Part shown: piece by piece, positions 9,683-22,236 of the stretch | How the letters are laid out: every line of letters starts with the position of its first letter | Position numbering within the stretch: position 1 is the stretch's first letter | IMG/VR virus record: IMGVR_UViG_3300005546_000001 | Location: 66,978-130,977 of that record | Length of the DNA stretch: 64,000 bases | Reading direction: 5' to 3' (one strand) | DNA from: a virus | Lineage: Duplodnaviria; Caudoviricetes | Translations under genes and position numbers: made by a program | The notes under the pieces: generated by a model | Told to the model about the DNA's origin: nothing | The model's database searches: none | Seen by the model: only the letters and a program-made list of their open reading frames with translations

Positions 9683-10914
9683 GCCTTCAAGAATTTACTT
9701 CTATCAAACAAAGAATTTGTTTCTTTTAGCTTGTCCGCAAATCGCTTTGCCATGCAACAAATATAGCAGCGCCCGTCGCCCGCTACTGACGGCAACTCAT
9801 GATGTGAGTTTAGTAAAACTTCTGCAATCAATTCAAAATCTTTCCTAGTCATATTCCTCCCACTGCCACCAAAATTCTACAAAATATTCTGGATTCTCTT
9901 CGTCTTCCACCGCCGGTTCATCGCGATCTTCCCAATCTTTTGGATCGCATGCGTAGTTCATTTTTCACCTACTAATTTAGTCGCCGAATCTTGAGTATTT
10001 CGTCGAGCCCTTTGTCAAAAGTCCCCCAAACTTTGATGGCAAACGCAGCCTCTCTTCTGCGCCGAAATGCAAGAATTGCATTGTGATCACCATCTATCCA
10101 TTTTTTAATTTCAGTGTCCCAAATCCCCCAGAGTTTCATGCTTCCTCCGTATCAAGTAAAATCTCAGATCGTAACCTAATAAATTCATCCGGTAAAGGAA
10201 TTGGCGCGCCTCCATTGCTCATCATCTGATAATTTATGTGCATTTTATCCATCACTGGCGTTCCCAAATTAAACAGAATTGCAAAACACATGTTCGGGCA
10301 GAGTTTTGTTGGAACATAAAAATATCCGTCAAAAATATCTGCGAGGATAAAATCGGCTTTGCAATACGGACAGCGCCCGTTACGAATTCTGTGCCGCTGT
10401 CTGAATTTCCTGAATAACATTTGCTAGCTTTCTCACTGATTCCAACTTCCTTGCTTCTCTTTCGTCCCAAGCATTCAAGCATGTTTCGGAACAAAAATCT
10501 TCCATCCATGCACATTTTTTGCAGAATGCATCGCCACAATAATTACACTCATTAAGTTTTTTTGAGAATCTGATAGTCATTCAGTCTCCCCGTCTGGCAT
10601 ATTAAAAGCACATTTATCAGAACAAAAATCTGGATAATTAGAACAGTTCGTGCAGAACGGTTCTTCGCAATTCCCACAAATTTCAATACATTTTGAATCT
10701 TTCATTAAAACTTCCTTGGATTATTTGAGGAAATCCATCTATAGCTTGTCCCTTCCGTTGGTTGCGGCCTTAAATGTTCATGAAGTTCTTTACTTTCATG
10801 TCCACACCATTTACAACGAATCCCTCTATACATATCATCCGAAAAGTTTTCATAGTTTTCAGAGCCACACTTAGAACACTCGACTTTCTGTTTCAAATTA
10901 ATATACATTTTTTC

Positions 10915-12039
10915 CTAAATCCTCGCGGGACTGACGACGAATCGGCAGTCAAATAAATCGTCCACATGTTCAAAAATCACCCTGCTCATTTCTTCAGCCC
11001 CATACCAAATTCTAACTTTTTTACTTTTGCCCACGCCAGCCGCGAAATAGTCACTCTTAAAGCCCTGAGTCAGTTCGTTACTCCCTGCCCCACCTTCAGA
11101 ATCTATCTTCGTAACTACCGAACCGTCTTCAGTGCCCGCGATTTTTATCCCGTCTCTTAAAAAGGACACCGCAATGTAGCCGTGAGAATCATCTGACTTC
11201 GTACCAGCGCTAGTTAGTTTCAAAGCACTCAACAATTCTCCAGAATCTACCTCTATAAACGACATTCCATTATTTTTAAACAGCGCTGAAACATTTGGCG
11301 GGCCTTCTATCGCCGCCGGACATGAATATCTGATTCCTTGCGTCGTTCCGATACTTAGTTTGTTTTCGGAAATCCCGAGATAAATTGTTTCTTCCACATT
11401 TGAGAGAACTTTTTCAAATGAATCAAGAAAAATTACCGGAATCAGCGCGTCTGCTTTGTTTATAATCGCTTCGTTTTTATGAGAAGCTCCGGCTATTTTA
11501 TGATTTGACGCGGCTACGGCCCACACCTGCCCCGGCCTGAAAATCAATCGGATACTTTGAAACATCCCCGCTCCACCATCTACCAGCGCCTTGCGAACTC
11601 GCTGCAAAAGTGCCCGGAGAGCTGCGACTTCCAACGGAATTTCAAGTGGCGGCGCTGACCACGCTGGCGGCAAAGTTTCGATGTGGCGCACGGGCCACCG
11701 CGCTACTAAATTAGTTCCTGAAATCCTGACGCCCGCACCCCCAGAGTCAGTCAGATAACTTGATATTGTAAGAATTTCTGATGAAGAATTTTGACACGTT
11801 GTAATAAATTTGGAAAGTGGTAGAAAAGTATCGCCATGCTCAAGAACTTCCGCTTCCAAATCTATTTCGAGTACTTCATGTCCGTTAAATATTCTGAAGG
11901 AAGCTGTATCATCCTGAGCGTGGAGAACGATGAATTCTGAAGCGGCCTTGTCCTGCGCGTTTTTACTAGTCGTTCGCGCAACTGAAGAAATTAATGACAG
12001 AACTTCCTGAAGAATGTCACGTTGGATTTTTATTTGCAT
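10915..12039 (-). CDS. dnaN: DNA polymerase III beta sliding-clamp-like protein
   Basis: 374 aa; MQIKIQRDIL start, VAASNHKIA (cf. VATDGHRLA), GFKSDYF (cf. FNxxYL), terminal VVSPAR (cf. LIMPxR). Divergent. Confidence 0.7.
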   Translation of the reverse strand: MQIKIQRDILQEVLSLISSVARTTSKNAQDKAASEFIVLHAQDDTASFRIFNGHEVLEIDLEAEVLEHGDTFLPLSKFITTCQNSSSEILTISSYLTDSGGAGVRISGTNLVARWPVRHIETLPPAWSAPPLEIPLEVAALRALLQRVRKALVDGGAGMFQSIRLIFRPGQVWAVAASNHKIAGASHKNEAIINKADALIPVIFLDSFEKVLSNVEETIYLGISENKLSIGTTQGIRYSCPAAIEGPPNVSALFKNNGMSFIEVDSGELLSALKLTSAGTKSDDSHGYIAVSFLRDGIKIAGTEDGSVVTKIDSEGGAGSNELTQGFKSDYFAAGVGKSKKVRIWYGAEEMSRVIFEHVDDLFDCRFVVSPARI

Positions 12040-12645
12040 TTATGACCACTGCTCCGCCATTGCATTTGCAATTCCTTGAAAGGTTTTGCTGCGCACCTTT
12101 TCTCTCTCTGCTGGCGGTAGAGATGCTGCTTCGACATACCAACGTGCCATGCGTTTTCCACTTTTAAACATTGTATATTCTGGCTCAACTAATTTAGTTG
12201 GTACTAGTGGTGTAAGATTTTTCAACCATAAGCAAGTTTTCTTGGCTTCTGTGTGCCCAAATTGAAATGGCTGAATAATTTGATTTGGTTTTCTCCATCT
12301 TGTACTCATTATTCCAACAGGATTTTCTATACAAATTTTATCTATATTTGCATTTACAAGACTCATAAAGAATTTAACCGCATCTTCTCTATCTTGCACC
12401 CTTGTTGGAAATCTATCTTTATATTCAGGCTTAAACCATTTATTTCCTGTAGTTGTAAGATATGTACAAGGTGGGTGTGCAACCATCAAATCCCACTTTT
12501 GTTTTAGCATTTCTGAAATATAACCCTCAAAATGCTGGCCGGGAATTTCCGTTGGCAGTAAATCACAACTCCAAGCATCATGCCCTCTTGCTTTAAAAGC
12601 TTCTCTAACTATTCCGCTGAATTCACACGCAATTAGTACACGCAT
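12040..12645 (-). CDS. Phage DNA cytosine methyltransferase-like protein
   Basis: RVLIACEFSG, WSCDL, AHPPCTYL (catalytic PC), IENP, QPFQFGH, KKTCLWL, RSKTFQGIA. Confidence 0.8.
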   Translation of the reverse strand: MRVLIACEFSGIVREAFKARGHDAWSCDLLPTEIPGQHFEGYISEMLKQKWDLMVAHPPCTYLTTTGNKWFKPEYKDRFPTRVQDREDAVKFFMSLVNANIDKICIENPVGIMSTRWRKPNQIIQPFQFGHTEAKKTCLWLKNLTPLVPTKLVEPEYTMFKSGKRMARWYVEAASLPPAEREKVRSKTFQGIANAMAEQWS

Positions 12646-12750
12646 TTTATTATATTCTTCGCTTTATAAATCCACCAACAAATCCAATTGTAACTCCAAA
12701 TAAAAATCCGCTAATCCAAACATAAACAACTCCGGCAATGAGATTAAAAT

Positions 12751-13755
12751 TCATTTCATTATTTCCTTCCACGGACTCACTACTATTTTAGTAGCCCCCG
12801 CCAGTAAAAAATCGTCAAGTCCTTTTCCAATCTCGGCATCCCACGTAGCCACGGAGACTGTACAGCCCGAGCGCGCCTGGATAGCATCGTACTGTCTTTG
12901 CATTGCATTTCTAACAAATTTATTTGTCTGCCAGTCCATATCATAAGCAAAAACTAGAGAATCAAAATTCAAACTAGCGTTGGCAATTTCCTGCATCGCT
13001 GCATCTGTCCCGGCTTTTCCTAGAATCGGCAGGCCAGTTAACATCCCCACCAAATCAGATTTTAACATCCCCTCAACTATATATGCAACTCTCCCCTTAC
13101 CCGGAACCCAGTGTACCGGACATCCACTGCTTGCACCGGAATCCATGAGTTCTTTTTTCCCGTCCGGAAGAATTTTAAGATACGAACTAAACCACTTGTA
13201 TTTAGTAGTTTCCGAATACGTGCGCATTTGGAGCGCTCGAATTCTTCCTTGTATATCTCTGACGGGGATGAGAAATCCCGGTCGAATATTTGCCTTCCAA
13301 TTCGATTGCTCCCTAAAAAATCCAGGAACGCGGTCGAGTATAAAACCTTCTCCAGAAAGTCTTTCGGCAACGTCGTCAGTTGTTCTGTAGTTAAGCTGGG
13401 CAATTTGTTTCTCCGAAAGTCCACGAGAAAAAAGTGATTCCTTTTCTCTGTCTTCTAGTGTGAGCATTTCTAACATCCGGTTATATACGGCGTGGCGCCT
13501 GTGAATGCTCGCAGGAAGCGGTCGCTGTGGGGTGGCGTTTGCTGGCGTTTCCAGACCGTTTGCGAGGCTTTTATGAATGAACCGACCATCAGATGCCACC
13601 CGGTTACTCTGGCTTCTTAAACAAATAGAGATTCGTCGCCCGTTCCTTATAATGTAAGTGCAGCCTCTATTTGAGTTACAAGCCCAGCATCTGTCTGCGT
13701 AGTTAACCCTTTGGAAGCCACGGCTAAAATAGTTGCTCATGGATAAACTTACCAA
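12751..13755 (-). CDS. DNA primase (Zn-binding domain plus DUF3854-type Toprim)
   Basis: CWAC..C N-terminus, LFSRGL, LIPVRD, LQMR, KYKW, IVEGMLK, AYDMD, KGLDD. Confidence 0.8.
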   Translation of the reverse strand: MVSLSMSNYFSRGFQRVNYADRCWACNSNRGCTYIIRNGRRISICLRSQSNRVASDGRFIHKSLANGLETPANATPQRPLPASIHRRHAVYNRMLEMLTLEDREKESLFSRGLSEKQIAQLNYRTTDDVAERLSGEGFILDRVPGFFREQSNWKANIRPGFLIPVRDIQGRIRALQMRTYSETTKYKWFSSYLKILPDGKKELMDSGASSGCPVHWVPGKGRVAYIVEGMLKSDLVGMLTGLPILGKAGTDAAMQEIANASLNFDSLVFAYDMDWQTNKFVRNAMQRQYDAIQARSGCTVSVATWDAEIGKGLDDFLLAGATKIVVSPWKEIMK

Positions 13756-15361
13756 GTTGTATCAACCCTGTCTACCTCCCTCAAAAGATATCTAATTGCT
13801 TTCGCCGCTTCTAGCGCCAATTCATTTCCCGGTGACATGTCTAAACTTGTTCCCCCAGCTTCATCAAGCCTGTTTAATAGTTTTTTTATTTCTGTATACA
13901 TTTTAACCTCCGTTTTTCACGTATTCCTCGTATTCAGCATCTCCCTGTCTTACATCATCCCACATTTCATTTTCGGATTTTTTATAAAACTCGCAAGTTG
14001 CTGCGATAATGGATTTTACCCACTCTGCTACATGCTCTGGTCCATCAAGTCCTGACAGCCCGCCAAGCAAAACCTCGTATGGCTGCCGTTCTAGAACTAA
14101 ACATTCTTCACAGAATGCACAACTAATTGCACCAAGCGATGAACAGCAAACCCCTAATGCTGGTTCTCCACAAACTTCACATTTTAAATCGTTCATTCTT
14201 CCTCCTCTAGATACGGAAGTACATGTTGTGGGAGAACATGACACTCACAACCACACCGGGCTGTCTTTCCGTCACCATCGACTGTTTCATAAGCGCATTC
14301 AGCGCAGCGCCAGTCTCCATGCATACACGGCTCGAACATTCGCCAGCGAAGTACCGGAGTTAGATTTTCTATTCTTTCGTCTAAGACTGTCATTTCTTCC
14401 CCCTTTTTGTCTTCGGTTTTTCTGGTGGTTCGGCGCGATATAGCGCCAGAATCCCAGCAATCTGCTCCAGCGCTTTACTACCCACCGCATCACTCTCAAT
14501 TCTAAACCCTGACTTATCTTTCCACAAGAACAAAAATATTTCAAGACTTTTATCTGGTTTGAGTAGTTTGCCTACTCCCACAGCTAGTGAGTTTAGAAGT
14601 TCTTCATCGCTTGAAAAACCCAAAGAAATCTTTTTCCCCTGAAACGCAACAAAGGGTTTTTCTTTTTCAAATATTATTTCGGAGTCTTCAAGAGCAAACA
14701 AAATCAATGATACCCCGGAAAATATACTCAGGGATTCATACGGTTTTTGAATTAGGATGTTGCCCACTTGCTATGTCCTTTAAAACTGACATTAACTCTT
14801 GGTGGCGGCGTTCCTCATCTCGGCATGTATTACAAATTTCGCCCATCATTGAGTCTATCATCTCTCTACATTTCCAACAGCGGAATCCAATTATTTCCCC
14901 GCGCCAGTTTTTAATTGAGTTGTTCATTTCTACTCCGATTTCGCAAGCTGTTTGATTACAAAGTAAGCTATTATGCTGGATATCAGAGCAAACGGTCCTG
15001 TTATACTAAACATTGTGGTGATTACTCGATCTTGGGTGCCCCATTCTGTAGGCACTTTGTAAGTAACCGCCTTCTTTATCATCCAATACGCCAACACCCA
15101 GCATAGTAACCAGCTTAGAACTAAAATAGTTATCAGCATTATTTGTACTCCGGTGGATACAAGATTTTTCCTCTGTATTTACTTGGAGATTCTGGCGCGT
15201 CAATGAACAGGCACCACTTTCCGGCAATACACGAATTTTTACTGTGCGGTTGTTCTGTCCACTGGTCACAATGAATGCAGCCAAAAGTATCACATGCTTC
15301 AAAAAGAGATGGCAGTTGCCCGCATCGATTACAGTTTGCTCTGTTCATTACTCTGCTCATT

Positions 15362-16849
15362 TCATCTCCTTTGTGCAACTGCCGCAGTGGTCCTTACTTC
15401 ACCCAGTTCTTCAGCAGCGCCGTTCTCCCGCTCTGTTAATCGGAGTTTGGAGCCTCTAAACACGAGATTGATTCTGTCCTCGATCTCGCCTGCCCGTGCC
15501 TTTAAAATTGACACCCATCCAAATCTTATCGGAGATTTGTAAATTTTTCCGTTACAATCTCGGCAACGAACATACTCATTTGTTGGATGTTTTGGTTTGT
15601 TTTTATTGTTTTGTTTATACAGCGCCATTTCTTCTGGCGGACAGTCGCATAAGAATTCTGCCTTGCGCATTCGCATCGCGAGGATGATTGAGCCGTCAGA
15701 TTCAAAAGCTGACGTGCCAGCCATCTCGCTCCCGCTGAGTTCTTCTTCTCTGAATGCAGCGCCCATTCCAGCCTTGTTCATTTTAGACAACAGAACAATC
15801 AAGATTTTGTACTTCAACGCCAGCAATCTAAACCCACGGCTAATTGCTTCCAGTTCGTTTACTCGGTTGTTTCCGTCCCCTCGGCTAACCAACTGCGCCT
15901 GATCTACAACTACAATTTTTACCCCATCATTTTCTACTCTGCGAATAATATCTTCCTGAATTTCAAAAAGAGAAAACTTTTTATCTGAGACGAAAATCGG
16001 CAGAGTTTTTATGTGGTCCTTGATTCTGTGGATTTCTTTTAGCTCGGGCTCCGTAAATGCTGGTTCACCGTATTCAAGGGAACCTCTAAATTTGTTTGCA
16101 TTTGAAATTATGTCGTCCTTATTAAACTGCATAACCGCACGTTCAAACCATTCTTCAGCGCTCATTTCGAGAACATAAGCCGCTCCCGGTATACCATCTT
16201 CTACCGCATTAGCAAGAAGAATATCTTCCGCTAATAATGATTTTAATGACCCAGGTGCCCCAGTTATCATCACAAACTCACCCGGATGCATTTTCATGAG
16301 CATTCGATCCACAGTCGGTAAAGAAGTCGTGTATCCAACAACTCTACCAGCCTGAAGTTCGGCGAGTTTTTCATCGTGTTTCAGAGCTATTTCGCTGAAC
16401 GGTTTTGAAGGCTCTGATCCTGGCGCTGCTATCGAAAAAATCTGTCCAGTTATCGTAGCCGCTGATTCAGAACTTCGGGTTTCTCCGGCGTCCAAGAGTT
16501 CGGCCTGTTCTTTATACAGCGCGGACAGCCTACGTCGTGCGGCTAGCTCGCCACAAAGTCGCGCAGCCGCCTCGCCGTCTACATGCTCTAGTTCAAAACA
16601 ATGCTCTAAAAATGACAGCGAGTCTGGTCCAAGTTTTTCATTTAGCCGTAGAACGTCAACAACATGAGCGATGGAAACTTCCGTATCACTTTGGATTAGT
16701 TGTTCGATTGCCCACAATGCATCGCGGTTCGTCTCGTCGCTGAGATCGTCTGGCCTACATAGCGACAGGACTTTTCTGGCTTGACCTTTAAGAGCCCCCG
16801 CGAGGCATTCAAATTCACTACGCAACGAAATTAATAAACTGTCTGACAA
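15362..16849 (-). CDS. dnaB: DnaB-like replicative helicase
   Basis: GYTTSLPTVD, GAPGSLKS Walker A, LEMS, VVVDQAQL, ISRGFRLLA, LLSKMN, ILKARAG arginine finger. Confidence 0.9.
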   Translation of the reverse strand: MSDSLLISLRSEFECLAGALKGQARKVLSLCRPDDLSDETNRDALWAIEQLIQSDTEVSIAHVVDVLRLNEKLGPDSLSFLEHCFELEHVDGEAAARLCGELAARRRLSALYKEQAELLDAGETRSSESAATITGQIFSIAAPGSEPSKPFSEIALKHDEKLAELQAGRVVGYTTSLPTVDRMLMKMHPGEFVMITGAPGSLKSLLAEDILLANAVEDGIPGAAYVLEMSAEEWFERAVMQFNKDDIISNANKFRGSLEYGEPAFTEPELKEIHRIKDHIKTLPIFVSDKKFSLFEIQEDIIRRVENDGVKIVVVDQAQLVSRGDGNNRVNELEAISRGFRLLALKYKILIVLLSKMNKAGMGAAFREEELSGSEMAGTSAFESDGSIILAMRMRKAEFLCDCPPEEMALYKQNNKNKPKHPTNEYVRCRDCNGKIYKSPIRFGWVSILKARAGEIEDRINLVFRGSKLRLTERENGAAEELGEVRTTAAVAQRR

Positions 16850-18287
16850 TAATCACCTATCCTATTTCAATATCTTCAAGTTCTAGTTCATGTTCAAATT
16901 TATCTTTTGCTTCTAGGAACTCCATAGCTGCAATACGCAGCGTTTCACAATTTTTTATGCCAGATGCGTAAATTGCAAACTCCTCAAAATCGTATGGAGC
17001 CCCACTGAAATTTTCTCTAAATTCTTCCACGGTATTGATTTTCATTTTATCTCTCCATCGCCATCAACTGGTATTCCCTGAGATTTTCCTGCGACGTGTA
17101 ATTTCGTCTCGGCTTGAACTCCGCCTTATATATTTCGTATCTGTGCCAGTAATCTATCAGAAAACTCAGCGCCAATTCCGGTCGCACATCAATTACCCAA
17201 TCATCACAATGCTTGCTGGTAAAAAACCAGTGCAGTCCGTCCAGTGTTTCTTCCGTACTCCCAGCGCGAGTTATAAGCTCCCTAACTCCTGTAGCAGTCT
17301 CTGGCGCAACGCTCGACCATCTCCTGTACTCACAGTACTTTTGGAGTACCGTCCGCAATCCTTCTGAAAACTCTACTAATTTAGTCATCTATCTCCAAAA
17401 TCTTCTAGTATTTCAAAATCATCGTCACAGTTGTCATTCTCACACCACTCATGAACAAATTTATTATCTTGTAGTTTAATGATATCTCCGGGAATTATCC
17501 AAACCGAGCAATTTATACAGCGACTTCTAAAGTGAGCGACCCTAGCATTTTTTGATATTGGTGGGCGCACTATTTTAGTCATCTTTCTGTTTACTCTTCC
17601 AATTAAGAACTATCAAAACATTTTGGTACATTGCATCATAAAACTTTTCTCCGTGGAGCAATGCATGAAGCTGCTTCCCAGAACAATATTCAACGAGTTC
17701 TTGGATAGACCAGTTCTCAAATGGTTCTACTTTAGGTTTTTTAGTCCTTGCCATTCAATGTCTCCTGTATTTGCAGTCTAGTTTTACCGTATCCTATTTT
17801 AGCAACTGTTTTGATTACAATTAAACACCATTTAGGAAAAATTCTGTACTGGTTGCCTCCATATGCTAAATCTGAACCAAAGCACCAATCTGTATCCCCA
17901 CCAAAATAATCGACTTCCGGATTTAGTTCTTTAACAGCTTCGTCGAGCGGATCGCCAACAACTCGCTTCTTCGGCGCTGTTGCAAGCCACGATTTGAATT
18001 GCTTTTCAGAAATTGGAAATGGTGTCATAAAGAACTCACTTGTTTATAAACTGTAACAAGTTCTTGAACTGGTACAACTTCCGGGCATTCTATTTCTTCT
18101 CGCCATCCCCAAGGGTCACAATCTTGATTTTCTGTTGCCGGTGCGTCGTAGTTTGTGTGGTACAGTTTTCCGTCATGCTCAAAAACAAGTGAGTGTGTGA
18201 CACTCCAGCGCCTATGGCCGATTATTTTGTCTTCGACCATTCCACCACTTTTGTACATCTTGTCTTCGAGTTGCTCTGGTGTGAACT

Positions 18288-18734
18288 TCATTTCTGCTCC
18301 TTTGAATTTCTATCATACAAAACAACGGCCACACAAGTAGCAAGATTCATACACTCCCCGCTTGGAATTTGGGCGCGATGTTTTGCCTTTTCTTGTATCC
18401 ATTTAGGAACTGAACCATCTTCGGGGCCGAAAATATACACTGGATTTTTTGGGTGTTGGAGACTGTAGAGAGCTGGCGCCCAGTCCAGCTTTTCAACAAT
18501 TACCGCGCTTTCCCAATCAATAGAAGGAAGACTCTCCACGTCTAACATTGTAACGTGGTCGTAAACTTTCATTCTAAATGGGCGCGGCCTGCGGTTCCCT
18601 TTCTCTCCAGTAGCCGGAGTAAATCGTTTTCCAACAGTAACTACAGACTCAGCACCAAGACAAGCTGCTGCTCTTTTTGTATTAGCAACGTTTACTTCAT
18701 GCTTCGGACTAATCAGAACGATTGTTGCTGACAT
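18288..18734 (-). CDS. SpoU/TrmH-family RNA methyltransferase
   Basis: PKHEVNVANTKRAA, YIFGPEDGS, CMNLATCVAVVLYDR SPOUT motifs. Confidence 0.85.
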   Translation of the reverse strand: MSATIVLISPKHEVNVANTKRAAACLGAESVVTVGKRFTPATGEKGNRRPRPFRMKVYDHVTMLDVESLPSIDWESAVIVEKLDWAPALYSLQHPKNPVYIFGPEDGSVPKWIQEKAKHRAQIPSGECMNLATCVAVVLYDRNSKEQK

Positions 18735-19368
18735 TTTTCACCTCAGAGAGTTTTCTTCACTCCGCATACCGTACAACGAGCGGAGGTTATTTTTGCGGCA
18801 AGTTCTTTCTTAAGAGTCCCTTCTCTCATTGTTGAGTTATGAACTCGAATTCCCTTGCCATACTTCGCGTCTTGATATGCGCTCTCGCACGTACATGGAA
18901 TTTTTACTGTGTTCTCCATTTTATTCTCCTTTACTAATTTGATACAAAGCAACTTTTGTGTATTAATACACAACGTGGAACGATTATTTTAGTTTTATCG
19001 TAAGTATTGAAATGCCTTTGTCCGTCCTTACTTAGCTTGACGACCATCGCAAAGATTTTTCCTACCGAAGAATTAAACCGAATATAGTCCGGTCCAGCAT
19101 ACTGCTCTGTAACAGTCAGCTTATCAAGTGGACCGCCTATTGCAATAAATGTTTGAACTTTCATTGTAGTTTATTTGGTTGGTTTTTACAAGAACATTCG
19201 TGTAAGTATGCGCCTTTGGCGGGCTACTATTTGAGCGGTTCTGAGTCATCTCTTTGATATGAAATGAGTTCGGCGTTATCTTCTTCATATCCATTCTCCA
19301 CCACGCCGAGTTTGGTAAGTTTTTCCACCGCTTGCTTTTTTGTATTTGCAGAAATATCAACCCAAAAT

Positions 19369-20349
19369 TTAATCGGAAATCTGTAAATCGCCATCTTCTT
19401 CTCCTTCTTCGTAAATGACTTCAAATCCTTCTCGCTTCAACTGAAAACAGAAGGGGCGTGCAGCACAGTACGCGAGACATCTGTAAGCAACCCCCGGCCT
19501 GCTTGACAATTCAAACTCTGGCCCCATTTCTTCCAAGTACGCACGAGCTTCTGCTTCTGTTTTGAAATTCGAGCGATTCCCCTTGGCGCGGACTGCTCCC
19601 GTCTTCCGTACCCGCCACGTATCTCGGCGCCAGCGCTCTTCTGGAGTACACTCGAAAAGTTCTTCATCTGAAAGATTTTCTGCTGCTTTGTGAAGTGCGA
19701 CTCTTTCTTTTAGATACTTTTCTACTTCTTCATCTGGCCACAAAGGAATCTCAATGATAGCACAGCCCCAGTCCGGATAATCTTTCGTTCGTTTACAAAC
19801 TATTTTAGTTCCGTCTTCAGTGCTGACTTTGTACTTTCCGTTTATCCCAGCAAACGACCAGTCTCTAAAAATCGCGCAGATTCTCGCGCTGGAGACTTCA
19901 TAGCCGTGTTGCCTGAGCAAGTGCGCGTAACAATTAAGTTGCTGATGCCATTCAAGTTTTTCAAACTTTATTGCTGAAGTCTTCGTGTGCTTCCAGTCTG
20001 TCAAAATATGATTTTTGCTGTCGTATGTAGTATGAAGATCGATCTGTCCGCTGATTTTTACACCTTCAATCGTAGTGAACAGTCGTTCTTCGATCATCTC
20101 AGATTCATCGGGATTTAAATTTCCGACTCTTTCTAAGAGATCGTGAACAGCAGAACCGAGCACACTGTAAATATTTTCACGAGGATCTTTTGTAATTTCT
20201 GAATCATGACGCCGAGTTAGCTGCGTGACCTGAACTGGCTTGATGAGATCAGTTATGCTAAAAGCAGATTCGCCGCGCGAATACGCTGAGAATTTAAGAA
20301 TCTTTGCTAGCGGTCTGGGAAATTCTGAAGGTAGCTCCGTGTAGTTCAT
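19369..20349 (-). CDS. PD-(D/E)XK exonuclease (Cas4/RecB-like)
   Basis: LGSAVHDLLE, ISGQIDL, DWKHT, QLNCY, and a C-terminal Cys cluster (RCLAYCAARPFC). Confidence 0.8.
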   Translation of the reverse strand: MNYTELPSEFPRPLAKILKFSAYSRGESAFSITDLIKPVQVTQLTRRHDSEITKDPRENIYSVLGSAVHDLLERVGNLNPDESEMIEERLFTTIEGVKISGQIDLHTTYDSKNHILTDWKHTKTSAIKFEKLEWHQQLNCYAHLLRQHGYEVSSARICAIFRDWSFAGINGKYKVSTEDGTKIVCKRTKDYPDWGCAIIEIPLWPDEEVEKYLKERVALHKAAENLSDEELFECTPEERWRRDTWRVRKTGAVRAKGNRSNFKTEAEARAYLEEMGPEFELSSRPGVAYRCLAYCAARPFCFQLKREGFEVIYEEGEEDGDLQISD

Positions 20350-21361
20350 AGTTTAAAAACCGCCAAAAATATTATCCAAACAATAATTGCAACAGTAATT
20401 ATGAAAATTGTTGCCATTGCTAGATTACTATTTAATATTCTTTTTATCATTTTACCACATCTGATTTACTTTATCTACCATTCGTTTTGCTAAAGTGTAA
20501 ACGTACTCTGTTGCATCGCTGTCTCCCGCGAATAATTCACAAGCGTCACAGCGCTGGATTTCCAATCCTGTTCCATCGGAATTCATCAGCAAAAATCCAT
20601 ATCCTTCACATGCTTCACAGTTCATTTCTCCCCCAGTGCCTTGCCAATTGCTTCCAATGCCATAATTTTTCCAATTGTTTCATCGTACCCATCCATTCCA
20701 AGCATTGCTTTGCACGCTTCCAGCAACTCAGGCGCGGCTGCGACAACTGCTGCGTTAGCTCTCTGCTCTCCTAAAATATCCTGTTTTCTGTTCTTGTCGA
20801 TGACAAGTCTCGCTATCTCTCGTCCCTGCTGCTGTTGAACGTAGTACCTAGACTCACCGATTCGTTCTCCACCCATAATTTGATACGAGTTGAAAATCCA
20901 CGGCCCCGATGTGTGTCCCATCATTCTTCCTCCATTTCTTTCTTACACAACCCACATGTTACATCTTCTTCTACATCAGTACTTTTATCCTTGCTTAAAA
21001 TCAGCCCACATTTTGTAAGTTCTTCTGAAATCATGTGGATGTTGTGTAGTTCCGGTTCAAATCTCGCTGTTGATTTTTTAAATCTGTTGTATCTTGTTCC
21101 TCTTTTCATTTTCTCTCCTCTGGATCTCCGCAGTATCTGCATTCCGTATTCCGTAATGCACCGTGCCATAGCTCTCGATTGAAAACACACATTCCTATTG
21201 GGCTTTTTTCACAACCCCAAAAAGTAGAAACAGAATGATCAAGAAAACAGAAATCTAAAATAAATTTCTTTGCGATCTCATCGATTTCATATTTTAAATA
21301 ATCGATGTACCGCTGTTTCTGTCTGATTCTTTCAGCACACATTTTTTGTGTTGGTGTTAAT

Positions 21362-21691
21362 TCAGACATCTCTCTCCTTTATAATAACTCGTTCAGATAC
21401 AAGGTATGCAAAGATAGCTTCTTGGTTGTAGTGCTCAAGTGTGATGTCCAAAATTTTGTTGAGTTCTGATTCGGTACAACAGACACGCACCGGAATTACT
21501 CTGTCTTCATGCAGAGTACCTTCCGAGTTCACCCACTGTCCGCGCCCCGGTTTATAAACTGTCAATCCACCCGAAATCCTGCGAATTTTTTCATCCCATC
21601 CTTTGTGGTGTCGTGTCCGCGCGGGGCGTCCGTTCATTTCACACGGAACTAAAATTTCCCAGAGCATTTTACCAAGTAATAGGTGGCCCAT
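21362..21691 (-). CDS. Conserved phage hypothetical protein
   Basis: WEILVP, SGGLT, GQW, IPVRVCC, HYNQEA pattern. Confidence 0.55.
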   Translation of the reverse strand: MGHLLLGKMLWEILVPCEMNGRPARTRHHKGWDEKIRRISGGLTVYKPGRGQWVNSEGTLHEDRVIPVRVCCTESELNKILDITLEHYNQEAIFAYLVSERVIIKERDV

Positions 21692-22236
21692 AAACTACTC
21701 TTTCTGGATGAACTGTGCAAGGATGAATGTGTTCGCCGGGGCGAATTACAATCATAAGTGGTTTTCCACATCTACAGCGCGGATCAGGTCGCTTTGGTCG
21801 CCACGGCTCCCCAACTGGACACTCTGGAACTGGACATCCTTTTTCATGCTCTTCCCAAACATCTTGAACTGTGCGTTTCTTCATTCTTTCTTTCTCCTGT
21901 AAACTCCAAATCTCTCGCTCAATCCAACACACCGCGTTACTTAAATCCCTTGCTAATTTTTTCTCTGTTTTTGTGGCAGAGATTTTTAAGTAATGTTCCG
22001 CTCTGGCTTTCATGCTTTCTAGTCGAGTTGGATACAAATCAGCATACTCAAACTCTGGACGGTAATCAACTACCAAGTCCAGCTTTCCATTCTCAGCTTG
22101 TTTTAGCTTCATTTTCTCTCCAAGGGGTACTCTGCTATGTTTTTTCTTTAAAAGTCTCTCTAACGGGCTGAGAACGTCGTTACGGGGCATTCTACGGGCA
22201 AGTTTGCCGGTGAAAATCAGTCCCCTGAGAACTATT

